A DNA stretch of 48,510 bases from Raillietiella orientalis (taxonomy: Eukaryota): the NCBI GenBank assembly GCA_036172245.1, contig JAYWIR010000117.1, positions 62,001 through 110,510 on the forward strand. The letters run 5' to 3'. The position numbers were made by a program, and so were the translations under genes. This document shows, piece by piece, positions 13,560 to 25,658 of the stretch. The first letter of the stretch is position 1, and each line of letters starts with the position of its first letter. A model generated the notes under the pieces. The model did no database searches, had not been told where the DNA came from, and was given only the letters and a program-made list of their open reading frames with translations.

Positions 13560-15790
13560 ATAATAACTGCATTGTGAATATCCCTCATGACCATGCAGGT
13601 TTATATGTTGTAGCTGAGTAAGCTATGGCCATCCCGAATCAAACGCTGCAACCTGCCTTCTTGGATACTGACCGGTGTTTATATTTATATCTCTCCCTCC
13701 CCCGTCCCTGCCATTGCCCTATTCCCGGCTGCAAGTTCCAATCCTCAGGCGGAGAAAAGTATAATCGTTACCGAAGCCTCAAGAACTCACACGCATCCAT
13801 GGCGTAGTCATTCTGTGCACTCTTTGCTTTTTCGACCAGTGTGACTTTACAGCAGATTTGAGTGACTATCACCCTGCCTCACACAAATGTACATTCAGCA
13901 ATCGCTTTGTAAAACTTTCAGCCCCCTTGCAAGCATTGAAATATCCTTGCTTGTTGTGTGCGTCTAGCTTTGATGATAAAAGTCATCTCACAGTGCAAAA
14001 ATACGTAATACATGACACCTCACGTCGTAAAAAATCGTCGGAAGTGCAACTAGAGACCTCGCCGGAGACGTCACTTCAGTTCAAATCGCCACCCAACTTA
14101 GCTCCTTCCCTTCAACCTAACCCTACCTCTGTGACTCCATCTACATGCCTGAAATCTTGCCGGAACTCCGTGACGCAATTGCCGTTTATCAGCAAAATGG
14201 AGACGCCTTGCAACCGCTACCGCCTAAGATACTTGCATCGACTAACTCCCCCCCTTCTCCCTCTTCGCATCAATCCTCACCCGTTGCTATGACTTCCCCA
14301 TCATCTTCTCGTAGTTAACAACCACCCACCTTTGCTGACATGGTTAAAAACGAACCACGAATCACACTTTCGCGTATACGACCACAGCCAATTTCTTAAC
14401 CGCAGTCACAACGGAAGATGAGCACTCCACTAATAACTGCTGAAGACACGTTCCCTGTGAGCACGTGCCCGCTAGGGAAAACATCATCCCACCTACGCAG
14501 GATGCCAACCTTCCTCAGCCGACAATACAGGATACATGTTCTGAACTTTCACCAAAAATTCCGACTCCATCTATTATACGCACCTTACGCTCCCATACCT
14601 TCAAAAAATTCGTACCAAAAGCAAATACCTATACCCTACTACCCAGAATTGAGCAACAGCCTCGATCTCAACCTCGCCCACTCGTCTTCTATCATCTCGC
14701 AGTTACCTTTTATACACAACAAGCTTCTCGGTGCCCACACACTTACGGTCCACTATCCCTCCCATAATGACGCTTCCCCTATCCCCGATCGGCAACAGCA
14801 ACTTCTCCTTGACCTCTGATAACCTCCTTCTTGTCCATTTCTCTGTTGCATCCGCGCTGCACTGCATAGTACCGTCCTGCCGATGGCGTACCCACACGTG
14901 ATGCAAGACACACTTTCCTCCCTGAAAAGACATTTTAAATGCTCCCACGACTTATCCTTTTACAGACACAAGTTGGTTTGCAGAAAGTGCCACAACGACG
15001 TGGATATACCTACAAAGAATCACTTGTGTTTTCAACACATCATTCGTTCTCGACATCCTCCGGAAACATTCGGATATGGATGCGATGTGCGCAACTGTAC
15101 TGTCACGTTTCCCTCGCTGCTCGGATTCCAAAACCATAAACCACTTAAAATTGCAACACAAACGCATCGCTCTTCTACCAGCACTTACAAGGATCCGGAG
15201 AACGACAAAGTGAGGAAACTTATTGGGCTCTCCTCCCATATCATAAAATGCCTCGCAGGACATATGTGTCGGGAGATGGTGAAGTTCTCCCGTGAAGTTC
15301 TCCAGTGAAGACATCAAGAGCCTATAAACAACGGATAGGTAAGCTTCAAAACGCACTAAGGCAACATGGGAATTTGAAAACGCTGAACCAAAAGTAAGAA
15401 TTCATGGAGTAATCCTGAAAAGTACGGTGAGGGAAAAACTCGCGGCTAAGATCCGATCCATCCAACGCGAAAAAATGTAGCTTTCCTTAATAGAAAATCA
15501 TCCTGACCAAGGGAAAGTCATGCGCCGCGTTGGACTACATAATGATTCTAGCCACTTTACTTCGGGTGGCGGCCACATTCGGAACGCCGAGCATCGCTTC
15601 ATCCACGCCTCAAGCCTAAACGTCCTACCTATAAGAGGAGCACCAAGAAGATTACCAGCCGATCGCATATGCAGAAGGTGAAACTGTCAGGATGAGACAC
15701 TACTGTACATATTGAATCATTGAGCAATGCACGTCCCGATGTACACCTCTCAACACAGTGCCATCGTGCTGAAACTGCAAGCTGTAGCCG
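13560..15790 (+). mobile_element. Internally deleted RLE-clade non-LTR retrotransposon (NeSL/Utopia/R2-like): N-terminal zinc fingers plus C-terminal CCHC/pre-endonuclease region; RT core missing
   Basis: Several C2H2-like fingers (CPIPGC, CLLCASSFDDKSHLTVQKYVIH, LKRHFKCSH..VCRKC, GCDVRNCTVTFPSLLGFQNH) with a Pro/Ser-rich linker. At 15502-15790: PDQGKV..SSHF..G..IRNAEHRFIHASSLNVLP..DRICRR*..ETLLYILNH*..QHSAIVLKL, matching the KPDQGK..RFIHRARLN..CRRC..ETLPHVL.HC..RHNA consensus. Confidence 0.75.
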
Positions 15791-16784
15791 CAAGTCAACA
15801 AATTAGTTTCCTGGAACATTTTTCCAGTTCCGATTTGTGTTGGAGCTCACGCCCATTCGCGAATCAGCTGTATTCGCACTCAGGAAGACTACGCATCTCT
15901 CTGCAGTGCGCTCTTTCCACAACCGTTTTCGTTTTCTTTCCAAAGTCTTTCGATCTCCCTCTTTCCCTTCCCATCCTTTCTGATTTTCCGCATTTCGCTG
16001 TTTTTCGGAATCCGATTTCGTCGGGAAAGCAGTTGGGAATTTTCAAGGAAATTGGCTTCGACGTACCAATGGGATGGGGGGAACATTGTGAAACTATTCC
16101 CTTGAATCGTCACACAATTCCTCCCTTCCAGGTTGGAGTCAAGTGCTTCAGGAAACATGACGAATGGGGAAATTTCGACTTTCTCGAAGAATTCCGCAAT
16201 TTTTGTGCAGTCTACTTCTGCACGCAGGCTGCGATGCAACAAAAGTTGCTCGTGGCACATGCGCTGCTCAACACCTCCTTGCGGTGTTACAGCAAAGCCC
16301 CCGAGTTCGCTCGCTTGCGACGGAGCGATCCCACGTGCGTGTGTGCGCGCTGGCCACCACGCGCTGCCCCACGCGCACCCCCGTAGCCCCGAGGGCGACG
16401 GCCGACCGAGAGCTTGCGACGGACAGCGGTTCGTAAAAGCGCAGGCGCGCCTCGCTGTTCGCGGGCCGCCGGTCGTGCCAGCGCCATTTGGCGTCCTCCG
16501 CAGCTGAAGATTTTTCCCGCTGCCGTGACAAAACACATCCTTGTTTCGTCGTCGCACACTCTTTCGCATCACAGATTCGAATTTTTGCTCATTCGAGAAA
16601 CACTTTCAGTTGCCGACGGACTGTGTTCTTTCTTGCCTTGCGTTGAGCGCCTTTGCTCTCCTTGAACGTTTTCACTGCACGACTTAGGTCAGCAGCCCCA
16701 CGGATCGACACCCCTCCGACAGTGAGTAGCGTAGAGGACGACCTCAAGAAGGTGCTGCGAGCGTGTGTGCTGGCTGTAATCGTT

Positions 16785-17545
16785 TTAACCCGGATATGCC
16801 GGGGCATTTACGTATATAAAATAAAACTACAATAGCATTTTTCCCGTGGTGAGCCCAAGGGATTCCCATCCCCTTCCACGTCACTGCAACTTGCTGGTTG
16901 CCAGTGCACAGACTGGAGAGGTCCATCGTACGCGCTGGGGTAGGGATAAACCAAACAAAAAGTACCAAAAAAGGTGTAACGTGGGGAGGTGGGGAGGGCG
17001 GGGAAGGGATCACATTGCGCGTCGATGGGTCCTCTATATCCTGTTAAGGATCCTAGCAAGCTGTGTCCTCGCTGCACCCAGGTGGGGCCACCTGGAGATG
17101 TTTCGCACAAAGATGAGAGTCCAGTGTAGGGCATCTCTGCTATTCTGACGTCTTCTGGTCGCGTTCCATGCCGCCACGATTCCACGAATGCAGCAAAGCA
17201 CTGCTGCCGACGCGACCGGGGGCAAGGCGGCTGGCGAGAAGATGCGCCTGAAAATGTCCGCCAGTGTTCAGGATTTTTGCAATACGATTCCAGAGGGAAC
17301 GGAAGGCGATCCAGTCCACAAGAAGGTGGGGGAATGTTTCTTTCTCCCCGCATCGGTCACACAGGGCATCCACACTTCCACGTATCCAGTAAGTGAGTGC
17401 ATGGGAGTCCCCAATGCAAGATGAGCAACGCTACCTCCTGCCACTTCATGGGGATGGAGCCACTGTTCCGACATGCTGGGAGCCACTTCACCTCCTCCGG
17501 AGGTAATGCGAGTAGCTCGCCCCAGCGTGAAAGTCCATTCAGTCC
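16785..17545 (-). mobile_element. LINE 3' fragment, copy 1 (zf-RVT-like C-terminus plus 3' UTR)
   Basis: RWGELLALPPEEVKW..LHWGL..DALCDRCGEKETFPHLLVDW..LWNRIAKILN..RDALHW; paralogous to 18.1-18.8 kb and 21.1-21.5 kb. Confidence 0.75.
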
Positions 17546-17555
17546 CTCTTTCTTC

Positions 17556-17925
17556 GTAATTTCAAACAGTGGTTTCCATAGCAGAAGACAGAACACAATC
17601 TTATCACTGTTTTTGATGTGGGTAATCTCCGACGAACTTCAATGGAAACCGGTGATTTGCAATGGAGTGCGAGAGTGGAAACTGAGGAAGTATGAACCAC
17701 ATAGAGAATATTAGCAAAATAAACATTTTTTTTTGGTAGTTTCAAACAGTGGTCAAACAGCAGGGAGACAGAGTCCAATCTTCATCTTTTTGATGTGAGG
17801 TAACTCTGACGGACTTCAATGGAAAACGGTGATTTCCAATTGAGTGCAAGAGTGCAAACTAAGCGGGTATTAACCAGATCGAGAATCTTAGCGAAATAAT
17901 TTTTTCTTGGTAACTTTAAACAGTC
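17556..17925. repeat. Diverged ~180 bp tandem repeat (2 units plus start of a third) inside the LINE stack
   Basis: gtaatttcaaacagtgg...tttttgatgtg..gtaa...acttcaatggaaa.cggtgattt.caat.gagtgc.agagtg.aaact..gagaat.ttagc.aaataa recurs at about 17556 and 17736; gtaactttaaacagt starts again at about 17910. Confidence 0.85.
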
Positions 17926-18014
17926 TTTTTCAACGCTGGGGGCTACTTTTTCTCTTCCGGAGGTATTGAGAGCTGCTCGCCCCAGAGCGAAAGTCCATTA
18001 GGCTGGACGTACGG

Positions 18015-19640
18015 AGTCGCACCGTGAGCCGGGGCTTTTATTATTAAAATTTTTTACAAAGAAAAAAATTCCATAAAAAAGTCTTTTTTCTTGTCACTCT
18101 AATTTTTTGGTTTTTCAGTCAGAACACACGTTCCAACTGTCTTGGGGCACTTGTCCTTACCGACCCGCAGGCCGTAAGGTCCTCTTCACTCGCGCGGGGG
18201 CGGAAAAAACAGCAAAAAAACAAAAAAAAAGAAAAACTCCTGGGGAAAAGTGTTTTGGGAGGAGAGGAAAGAGAAGGTCTCTGCATCCGGGTTTGGATGC
18301 GAACAAGTGTTGGCAAATGTTTGCTAAGTCGGCGCCAACGGGAAGCCTTCTGCAAAGAAATGGTTGCCCAATGGATGGCATTCCTACTTCTCTGTCCTCT
18401 CCTGGTTGCGGTCCACTTGTCCAAAATTCCGCGTATGCAATAGAGCACTGCTACACACGCGGGGGCTGGCATGGCGTCCCTCAACAGGAGGCGTCTAAAA
18501 ATGTTTTTTGGGTCGCCAACCGGAATGTTCAGGATCGACGAGAGTCGATCCCACATCTGGCGGAGGGCAACACACTTGATGATTAAGTGGGGGAAGGTCT
18601 CCATTTCCCCGCACTCTGTGCAATTGGCATCCACACTCCCTGAGGTCCAGTGAGACAGGCGTGCTCTGCTTAAAAGTCCCCAATGGAGCAGAAGCAACGC
18701 CGTCTCCTGCTACTGCAGGGAGAGAGTGCCGTTGTCCCAAGACGCTGGGGGCCACTTCAGCTCCTCCGGAGGCATACCGAGCAGCTCGCCCCAGCGCACA
18801 AGTCCATTCGGCGGGATCCTCGAGGTTGTAGCGTCCGCTAGTTCCCGGGACGGGTCATCATCCTGCTGGTGCTTTGGGGTTTCCATTGAAACCAGCGCGC
18901 GAACATTGTTTCCGGGGGAGTTGTCTCTCCGAACTGTGAAAGGTGCGGAGAAGCAGAAACGCTCCCGCACCTGCTTTTGGACTGCGGTGTCCTCCAATGA
19001 CTGTGGCGGAGGCTGGCCTCAGCTCTCCTGCTTCAGGGGGACACCGCAAGGGATTTGATGCTCCGCTTCTTCACGCCAGGCGGCCTGTCGTTAGGTGCAG
19101 TGGTCGCAACGGTCTGTTACACCCTTCGAATACTATGCTGGGTGAGTTCTGCACTTTTGCAGACCAATTCCCAGCCTTGGTTCTCTGCTAACCCCAAGTA
19201 TCCCTCTGAGTCACCGACCCCCGTATGCTCGCTGTTAATCATGCGACTCGCACCCTCTAGAATTAGGTGTCTTACCTTATAGCGGATTGCGTGTTTCTAG
19301 CTTGCATTTTTGCATGCACTTGGGGTTCCCTGCCTGGCCACTGCTGCCGTGGAGACATCGCTCTACAAGGATGAGGTGGGAAAGGAGACTTCCCTGCTCT
19401 TCTCAGTGGATCCTTTTTGACTTTCCTTTTGCGAAACATTTTGCTTCTCCTCTGGTGCGGTGGCAGGCATTCCTTGACCGACTTCGGCTTTTTGGCCATT
19501 CCGGCAAACTACACTAGCCACCACACCACCACACCAAGAAAAAAAATACTAAAAAAATGCACCTAAAAGGGGCGATGCACTTGCGAGTCAACGACTCTTC
19601 CGAGCGCGGCTAGTCCACGTCACCGACTAGAAGACCAAAA
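18015..19640 (-). mobile_element. LINE copy 2, internally deleted: putative 5' UTR and basic ORF1 start joined to ORF2 C-terminus (zf-RVT-like) and 3' UTR
   Basis: ORF 18119-18697 LHWGLLSRARL..DANCTECGEMETFPHLIIKC..MWDRL (CxxC..ETxxHL..C..W); upstream MAKKPKSVK.. at 19499. Confidence 0.75.
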
Positions 19641-20275
19641 CTCTTTCCGTTCGGCGGAGAGAACGAAAACATGTGTGACTGCAGAGATGGAAGGCAGAGA
19701 TGGCTCTCAGACCGTTCCTGGAGGGCAAGTTTTACTTGTTGCAACAGGCCACAGTGTGGAACACGTCTATGGATCATCTTCTACGCCCCTTTCGTTTGTC
19801 CCTCCCCCCGGGAAGTTATAGAGGGGACCGTGGACCACCTAGGGAAAGCACTTTAAAGCAGAAAGCGGTCCTGAATCCTCTTGAAGGACTTGTATGCTTT
19901 ACGTCAAGATGATGAACTGGGTCTCCTGACTTTGGAGCGAATGGAGCGACAGATCCAGCGGGCATCATTAGCCCTGGTCACGAATAATTGAAGTACTCAT
20001 TGGTGCACATGTTCACGCCTCCTAATCAGAAGAGTATTTAACCACGTGGGATTCTCATCCTTTCTGCCTCGGTGTCTAGACGACGTCCAACAATTCGGAT
20101 TAATGTTACGATGGGTTACTGCTCTGACAAGATAGAGCACCTGGATTCACTGCTGCTCCCTGAATGGCAGTGCCTGGCTACAGGTAATTGTTCTCACGTG
20201 GTCGAAGATCTAGGAGTGGAGTCGGATATTATCGCAGCGCTTGAGCTGCTCACCCTACAGGAGTTGCTTGGCGGC

Positions 20276-20690
<415 letters not shown>

Positions 20691-21059
20691 GGTTCCAGGA
20701 AACCCTTGTTCATCCCAGAAGGAGGCAGTGGGCAGAGCAAATCTCTCTTGCTTTGACTCTGCCCTTCTTGACGGGGCAGATCGGCAGTAGCCCGTCGACA
20801 AGATGGCAGGTCGTGCACGAACTGGATGAAAAAAAAAGAGTTAGGTGCATGAACGAGAGGTCAGGTGAGTGATTCTTGGACTCAAGCACCCCACCTAAAT
20901 GACTTTTACTCTGGGATGAGCTGCCAGGAATTCTTAGGGAAGACCTTGAGTAGCTCCAGTGCTAATAAACACTCGTACCCTCCCTCTGAAGTTGCAGGAG
21001 TCAGAGACCCTGCTCTTGCATTGTGACCTTTCATGTAACGTCGGTCGTCATCACTGAAC

Positions 21060-21560
21060 TCGGGGGAGAAGGGGAGCTTGAACTGTATCAGGTGCGGAAA
21101 CGACACTCCCCCCTCATGTGATTGCGGATTGTGTTGCCCTTTGGTCCCTCGGGAAACACTTTGCCGCGACTTTAGGTACAGCGACGGCAACCCCAGAGAC
21201 GTTTTTAGACGCTTCTTCGTTCAAGATGCCCTACCTCCGGTCGTAGTCCTTGAAGCTCTCTGCTGCCTACGCAGGATCATGGCTGCCTAAAGTCCCGTCG
21301 AAAGAGGTGACAACAACAGGGATGCCATCCAGTATGCTGTCTGTTTCTTGAGGATGGTGATGAGATGGCCCCTTCTGAGGAATATGCAGTCCGAACTTGC
21401 CGGTTTCCTCAAACGGACACCCGATAGCAGATAGTGATCCTTTCCCTCACCTCCCAGGGTGCGTTTTCTATTTTTTTATTTTGTTTTCTTTTTGTTCGGT
21501 TCCCTCCCCTGTGCTTTCGAGGTGATTCTCAACGATCTGCGTACCGGTTTCTCGGCAAGT
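21060..21560 (+). mobile_element. LINE 3' fragment, copy 3 (opposite orientation)
   Basis: LNCIRCG...GNPRDVFRRFFVQDALP..EALCCLRRIMAA*..RGDNNRDAIQYA..RW aligns by eye with GDPKNIFRRLLLRDAMP..AVLYCIRGILDKW..RGQRSRNAIHWA..RW of copy 2; followed by a T-rich UTR. Confidence 0.7.
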
Positions 21561-22689
21561 TCGCTGATGAATGAACGTGGCGGGACCCAGGGTCCTGCCA
21601 CTGACTTCCCATCGTGGTATCTTGACATGGAATAATTGAAGTGAATTGTCGGAAAGATTCGTGTTTTCTGTTCACTCCTCTGATAAAAGTTCTCAACTGA
21701 TCTATGAGTGTGATGTAAGTTACCTCACCAAGTACCAAAGCGAGGAATTGTAATTTTCGAATGCAATAATTTGCATTCGAAAAATATTGGCAGCGGTGCG
21801 GAAAGAGCTATGGTGCTTTCTAGGCCGACATCCGGAAACTTTATGTGCAATTGTTCCTATGTATCATGTAGAGAAGGAACATTTTCGTTCAATTAATTCA
21901 ACTACGCCCATGGTAAATATTGAGCTTCATAAGCTGTGGTTTTGTCTCATTGAGGTGACTTTCATCCTAATTAGAAGCAGAATGCAAGTATATTCCAAAG
22001 TCATTCGGGTCCGTGAAGATGGAGGATAAAAATATTTCTGAGTTGCAAAGAAAGATGAAGTTGTCCATGGGCATTGAATGCAGGGTACATGTAAAAATGT
22101 AAAGAAGAAATGGCTGCAAAACCACACAGGAAAACAAAGCGATCAGAAAAATGAGCAATCCAGAATATCACAAAGTTAGGAAAGTCACACACACGTAAGA
22201 GAATAAATACATTCGTTGAAAGCAAGAGGAATCTCTGAGATCGAAAATTCGAAGGGAAGGTACTTCTGAAATAGTATCGTTACCTGAACATTTAGGATGA
22301 CTCTGGGAATACCAGCAGAGACACGTTATCACCGATGCCTGAACATGCTGTTCTACAGAAGAAATTCTAAATACCAATCCCTATGACAACTGTGGGTGGA
22401 ATGTTTCCAATCGAAAATACAAAAGCTGGGGTTAGAAAAATGCAGAATTTTACACGTCAAAGTACTTTCAACGAGAAAACATGAAGGGTTTTAACTCATG
22501 GAAGACGTGAAAAGAAATCCTTTCCTCAGAGGAGATTTCTCCGGCGAAACAAAGCCAGTCCTCTTTCGAAGGTTAGGGTTACTAATTAAGTTCAGTCTTC
22601 TGACGGTTGACTGCATATCATTAATTATTAACACTTGATCACATTAATAAACTATTGCATTCTTGACAAAGATTGTCGAGGAAAACGAC

Positions 22690-24450
22690 TTATTATTATT
22701 AAAACATTTTCATATTTAAATTGTGGTTGTGCTGCAGTGGCGGCTCGTTTGAGTATTCAATTATAGTGTACAGACTCCCTTCAGTCCGACTCGCGGTGGA
22801 GTAATTTTGTTAAGCTTCAATGGCAATTCCACTTCGCTTATTCTTTGTTTCTTTTTCACTGTCCTCTTCGTATTCATTTTCGCTACAACGCTCTTAGTCC
22901 CGTCGGCAAGAACATTGCCTTTGATGCCTTTGATGTGGGTGGTTGCCAACACCACCTTCCTTTTCTTTTTCAGCCGTTTGGCAGTGACTACCACTTCACG
23001 GCTGAATCTTCTTCCTGTTGGTCCTGCTGTTGTCTCCTTGACAGCATCCCTTTAGGGCGTCTCTTCTCCGGAATTTGAGTTTCTGTCTGCAATTTGTTCG
23101 TTTACTGTGCTTGGTGATGTGACATTCACAACTCCGGAAGGCGTGACCACAAGTCACCCTTCCTTCCTTTTCCTGTCAACGGGAAGTATGGCGGGATGGA
23201 TCGCCAGTTGTGCAGCCGTTTCATTGGGCAGGGAACTTGTCTGAAGAACGAGGTTTCCCTTCTTCTGTTGATCAAGGGATACCATGGCCTCGTCCTGCAA
23301 TTAAGTTTCCTTTTCAGTGTTGGTTTCATTGCTGCATTTCGTTGCGTACTTCTGTTCCTCTGGTTGTTAATTGTTTTTCTTCGGAGTCCTTCAAACTCTG
23401 TCGAATTTGGAATTCAGACATTGCTGAAATTTCCTGCAGTCCTTCTATTCATGTCCTGCTGCTTTGCAGGAATAGCACCTCATGGAGCTCACTCAATCGG
23501 TTGCCGCTGCTTACCGTACTGACTGCATTTGGTACTGGGCACCTTGCTGTTCTCTGGCCCAACCTCATGCATGTCCGGAAAAATTCTAACTCTTCGCGGT
23601 AGGTTACCTGCACTTTCGCAAGTATTTGTCTATCTGAACGAAGTTGAAGATCTCTACATCTTTGGGCATGTGGATCTTTGCCGCCTGTTTTGAGAAGGTT
23701 CCGTTCTTGTAAACTTTCTCTCGGATGTTGATGACTTTGCAATGACTTTGTTCCAAGTGCTCCATATGCTGCCTCCTGTGGTCCTGGGTTCCAAAACCGA
23801 CAAGTGGACTGTTGTTGCTACCTGTTCGCGGATCCTGTGTAGGATTTTTCCGTTCAGGAGCAGTCTGTTGTCCACGAGATCGTAGCTCACTTCAAGGTTG
23901 TCCGTGAACACAGAAGAACTCCTGAACAGCATGATTGCTTTGATCTCCGTGAAGTTGATCTTTCGCTGGTGGATTGCGAGATTGACATCTTGAACAGCAC
24001 TGTTCGTCACTGATTCCATCAGGAACATGACGATGGATCAAAATCTCTCAACGGACCTGACTCCATTTGAATTACTCTGCCTCAGAGAAAGTGATAGTGC
24101 CTCCTTCTGTGGTTACTACGGAGGTTCCTGTCCGCAAGGACGTGGCCACAGTTGTGGATGACAACGTTGCGGGTGCCTCACTTGCTATCACAGCTGTCAT
24201 CTTCGCCGCTGTGGTCCTGCTTCCATTTCCACCATGTCCATGTCCCCTTACGGTGTCGTGGGTCTCAGTTGGGGGCGTCTTCTCGTCTTATTACTTCAGA
24301 CTTTGGACTTCCTTAGTCACTTCCAGTCTGTCCTTTCACTTTATCGACTTCCACTTTTACAGACATTTTCAATTTACAGACTGTTCTAGCGTTTTCTTTT
24401 AACTATAGACAGGCGGTGCAGTGTTCTCCTTACAAACGTATCGAACACGT
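22690..24450 (-). mobile_element. Decayed non-LTR ORF1 (gag-like, CCHC knuckles) element with no ORF2, ending in a (TAA)n tract
   Basis: Zinc knuckle CYSCKAAGHE*KDC at 23477-23436, preceded by two degenerate knuckles; upstream ORF1-like region (23654-24028); Lys-rich C-terminus ending at 22761; short UTR, then taataataa at about 22700-22690. Confidence 0.6.
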
Positions 24451-25658
24451 GTGGCAATAGCTTAATAACAAATTTCACGTGATCAGCAGTTGTTAGTTTG
24501 CATGTTATTAGTATCGAATCTGAAGATTAATTGGCATTAAATGATTAATAATAATAATAAATCCCTAGGTATCAAAATTGGAAATTTTGGGGGGGGAGGG
24601 GGGAATCGCGGGTTTCCAAAGGCCACCTAAGGGGTTTCATTAGCTTCTATTGGCAACCCTGCTCTGGTTACTTATTAAGCATGCATCAAACGTTTTCTAG
24701 AAATGCTATTGTGAATAGTTTCTAATATAATGACCTACGATGAGGAACGTTGTATATTTACATGTGTATCTATGCATGTTTATGTAAGGATGATATCCCA
24801 TTTTGAACTTGAAACACGTTGATATAATGAAACGTGTATCTATCTGTAAAAATGTGTAAATCAATGTGATGTTTCTTGTTATCGTACAATATACATAACC
24901 TCGAAAGCATATATACATGTAAAGGCACTTCTTTTATTTTGTATCAAAACTAATTTCAACCCGCGTTTCTGGGAAGGATTCTTAGGGGAAGGTGCAAATC
25001 CTTAGGAAAACACAGATAGTGTTGCTTTTAGGCATCTGGAGGCTGGAGGTAGTTCAGCAATTGAGTATCGTGTGGATCCTCGATAGGACAATTAAATCCC
25101 CTTGAATCTTTAGGAATCACGATGGCACATTGTTTCCTCTGGAAATGTATTAGAGATGTTGAAAATATGATTGCAAACAAACGCTTTCATGGAAACTTGA
25201 AACTACATCTTTGTGATGTGAAATCAGAAAGTACCTCCTTATTTCTGTTCAACACTTAAATATTTTTGATATTCAATCATGGCCAACATTTACGTAAACA
25301 TATTCATGGTCATAAAAAGTATTTAGCTTGCATAATGCAGCCTTAGGATAACTATTCACAAAGTGATGTAGTGAACCAATGCCACACCACCAACAAATGC
25401 AATAAGTCAAAACTAAATGTCCAAATCAGAGGAAGCAAATTTGTAATAAAAACTTACAACTGCTAATTTTATTCTAAGTTAAATTATAGAACGGAACTGA
25501 ATTAGTTACATGATATTCATCAATTATGGATTAAAGTCACAATTCAAGTACAGTACTTTGTTTCTGACTGATTTTCAGCAAATTTCATATAATGAAGTGT
25601 GGTGTGAACATCGTGAAACACAACAGAACATGGCAATAGATGCATTTTAAGATAACCT

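Noticed and set aside
15864..16835. Long overlapping ORFs on both strands (up to 227 aa)
   Set aside because: Explained by high GC and scarcity of stops; Arg/Ala/Pro-rich translations with no family motifs.
21564..21610. Hammerhead ribozyme core (CTGATGA plus stem); also CTGATGA at about 41626
   Set aside because: No GAAA after stem II and no closing stems I/III.
24650..24661. ttggcaaccctg, a typical DNA-transposon TIR end (CAGGGTTGCCAA)
   Set aside because: No convincing partner TIR or TSD in the window.
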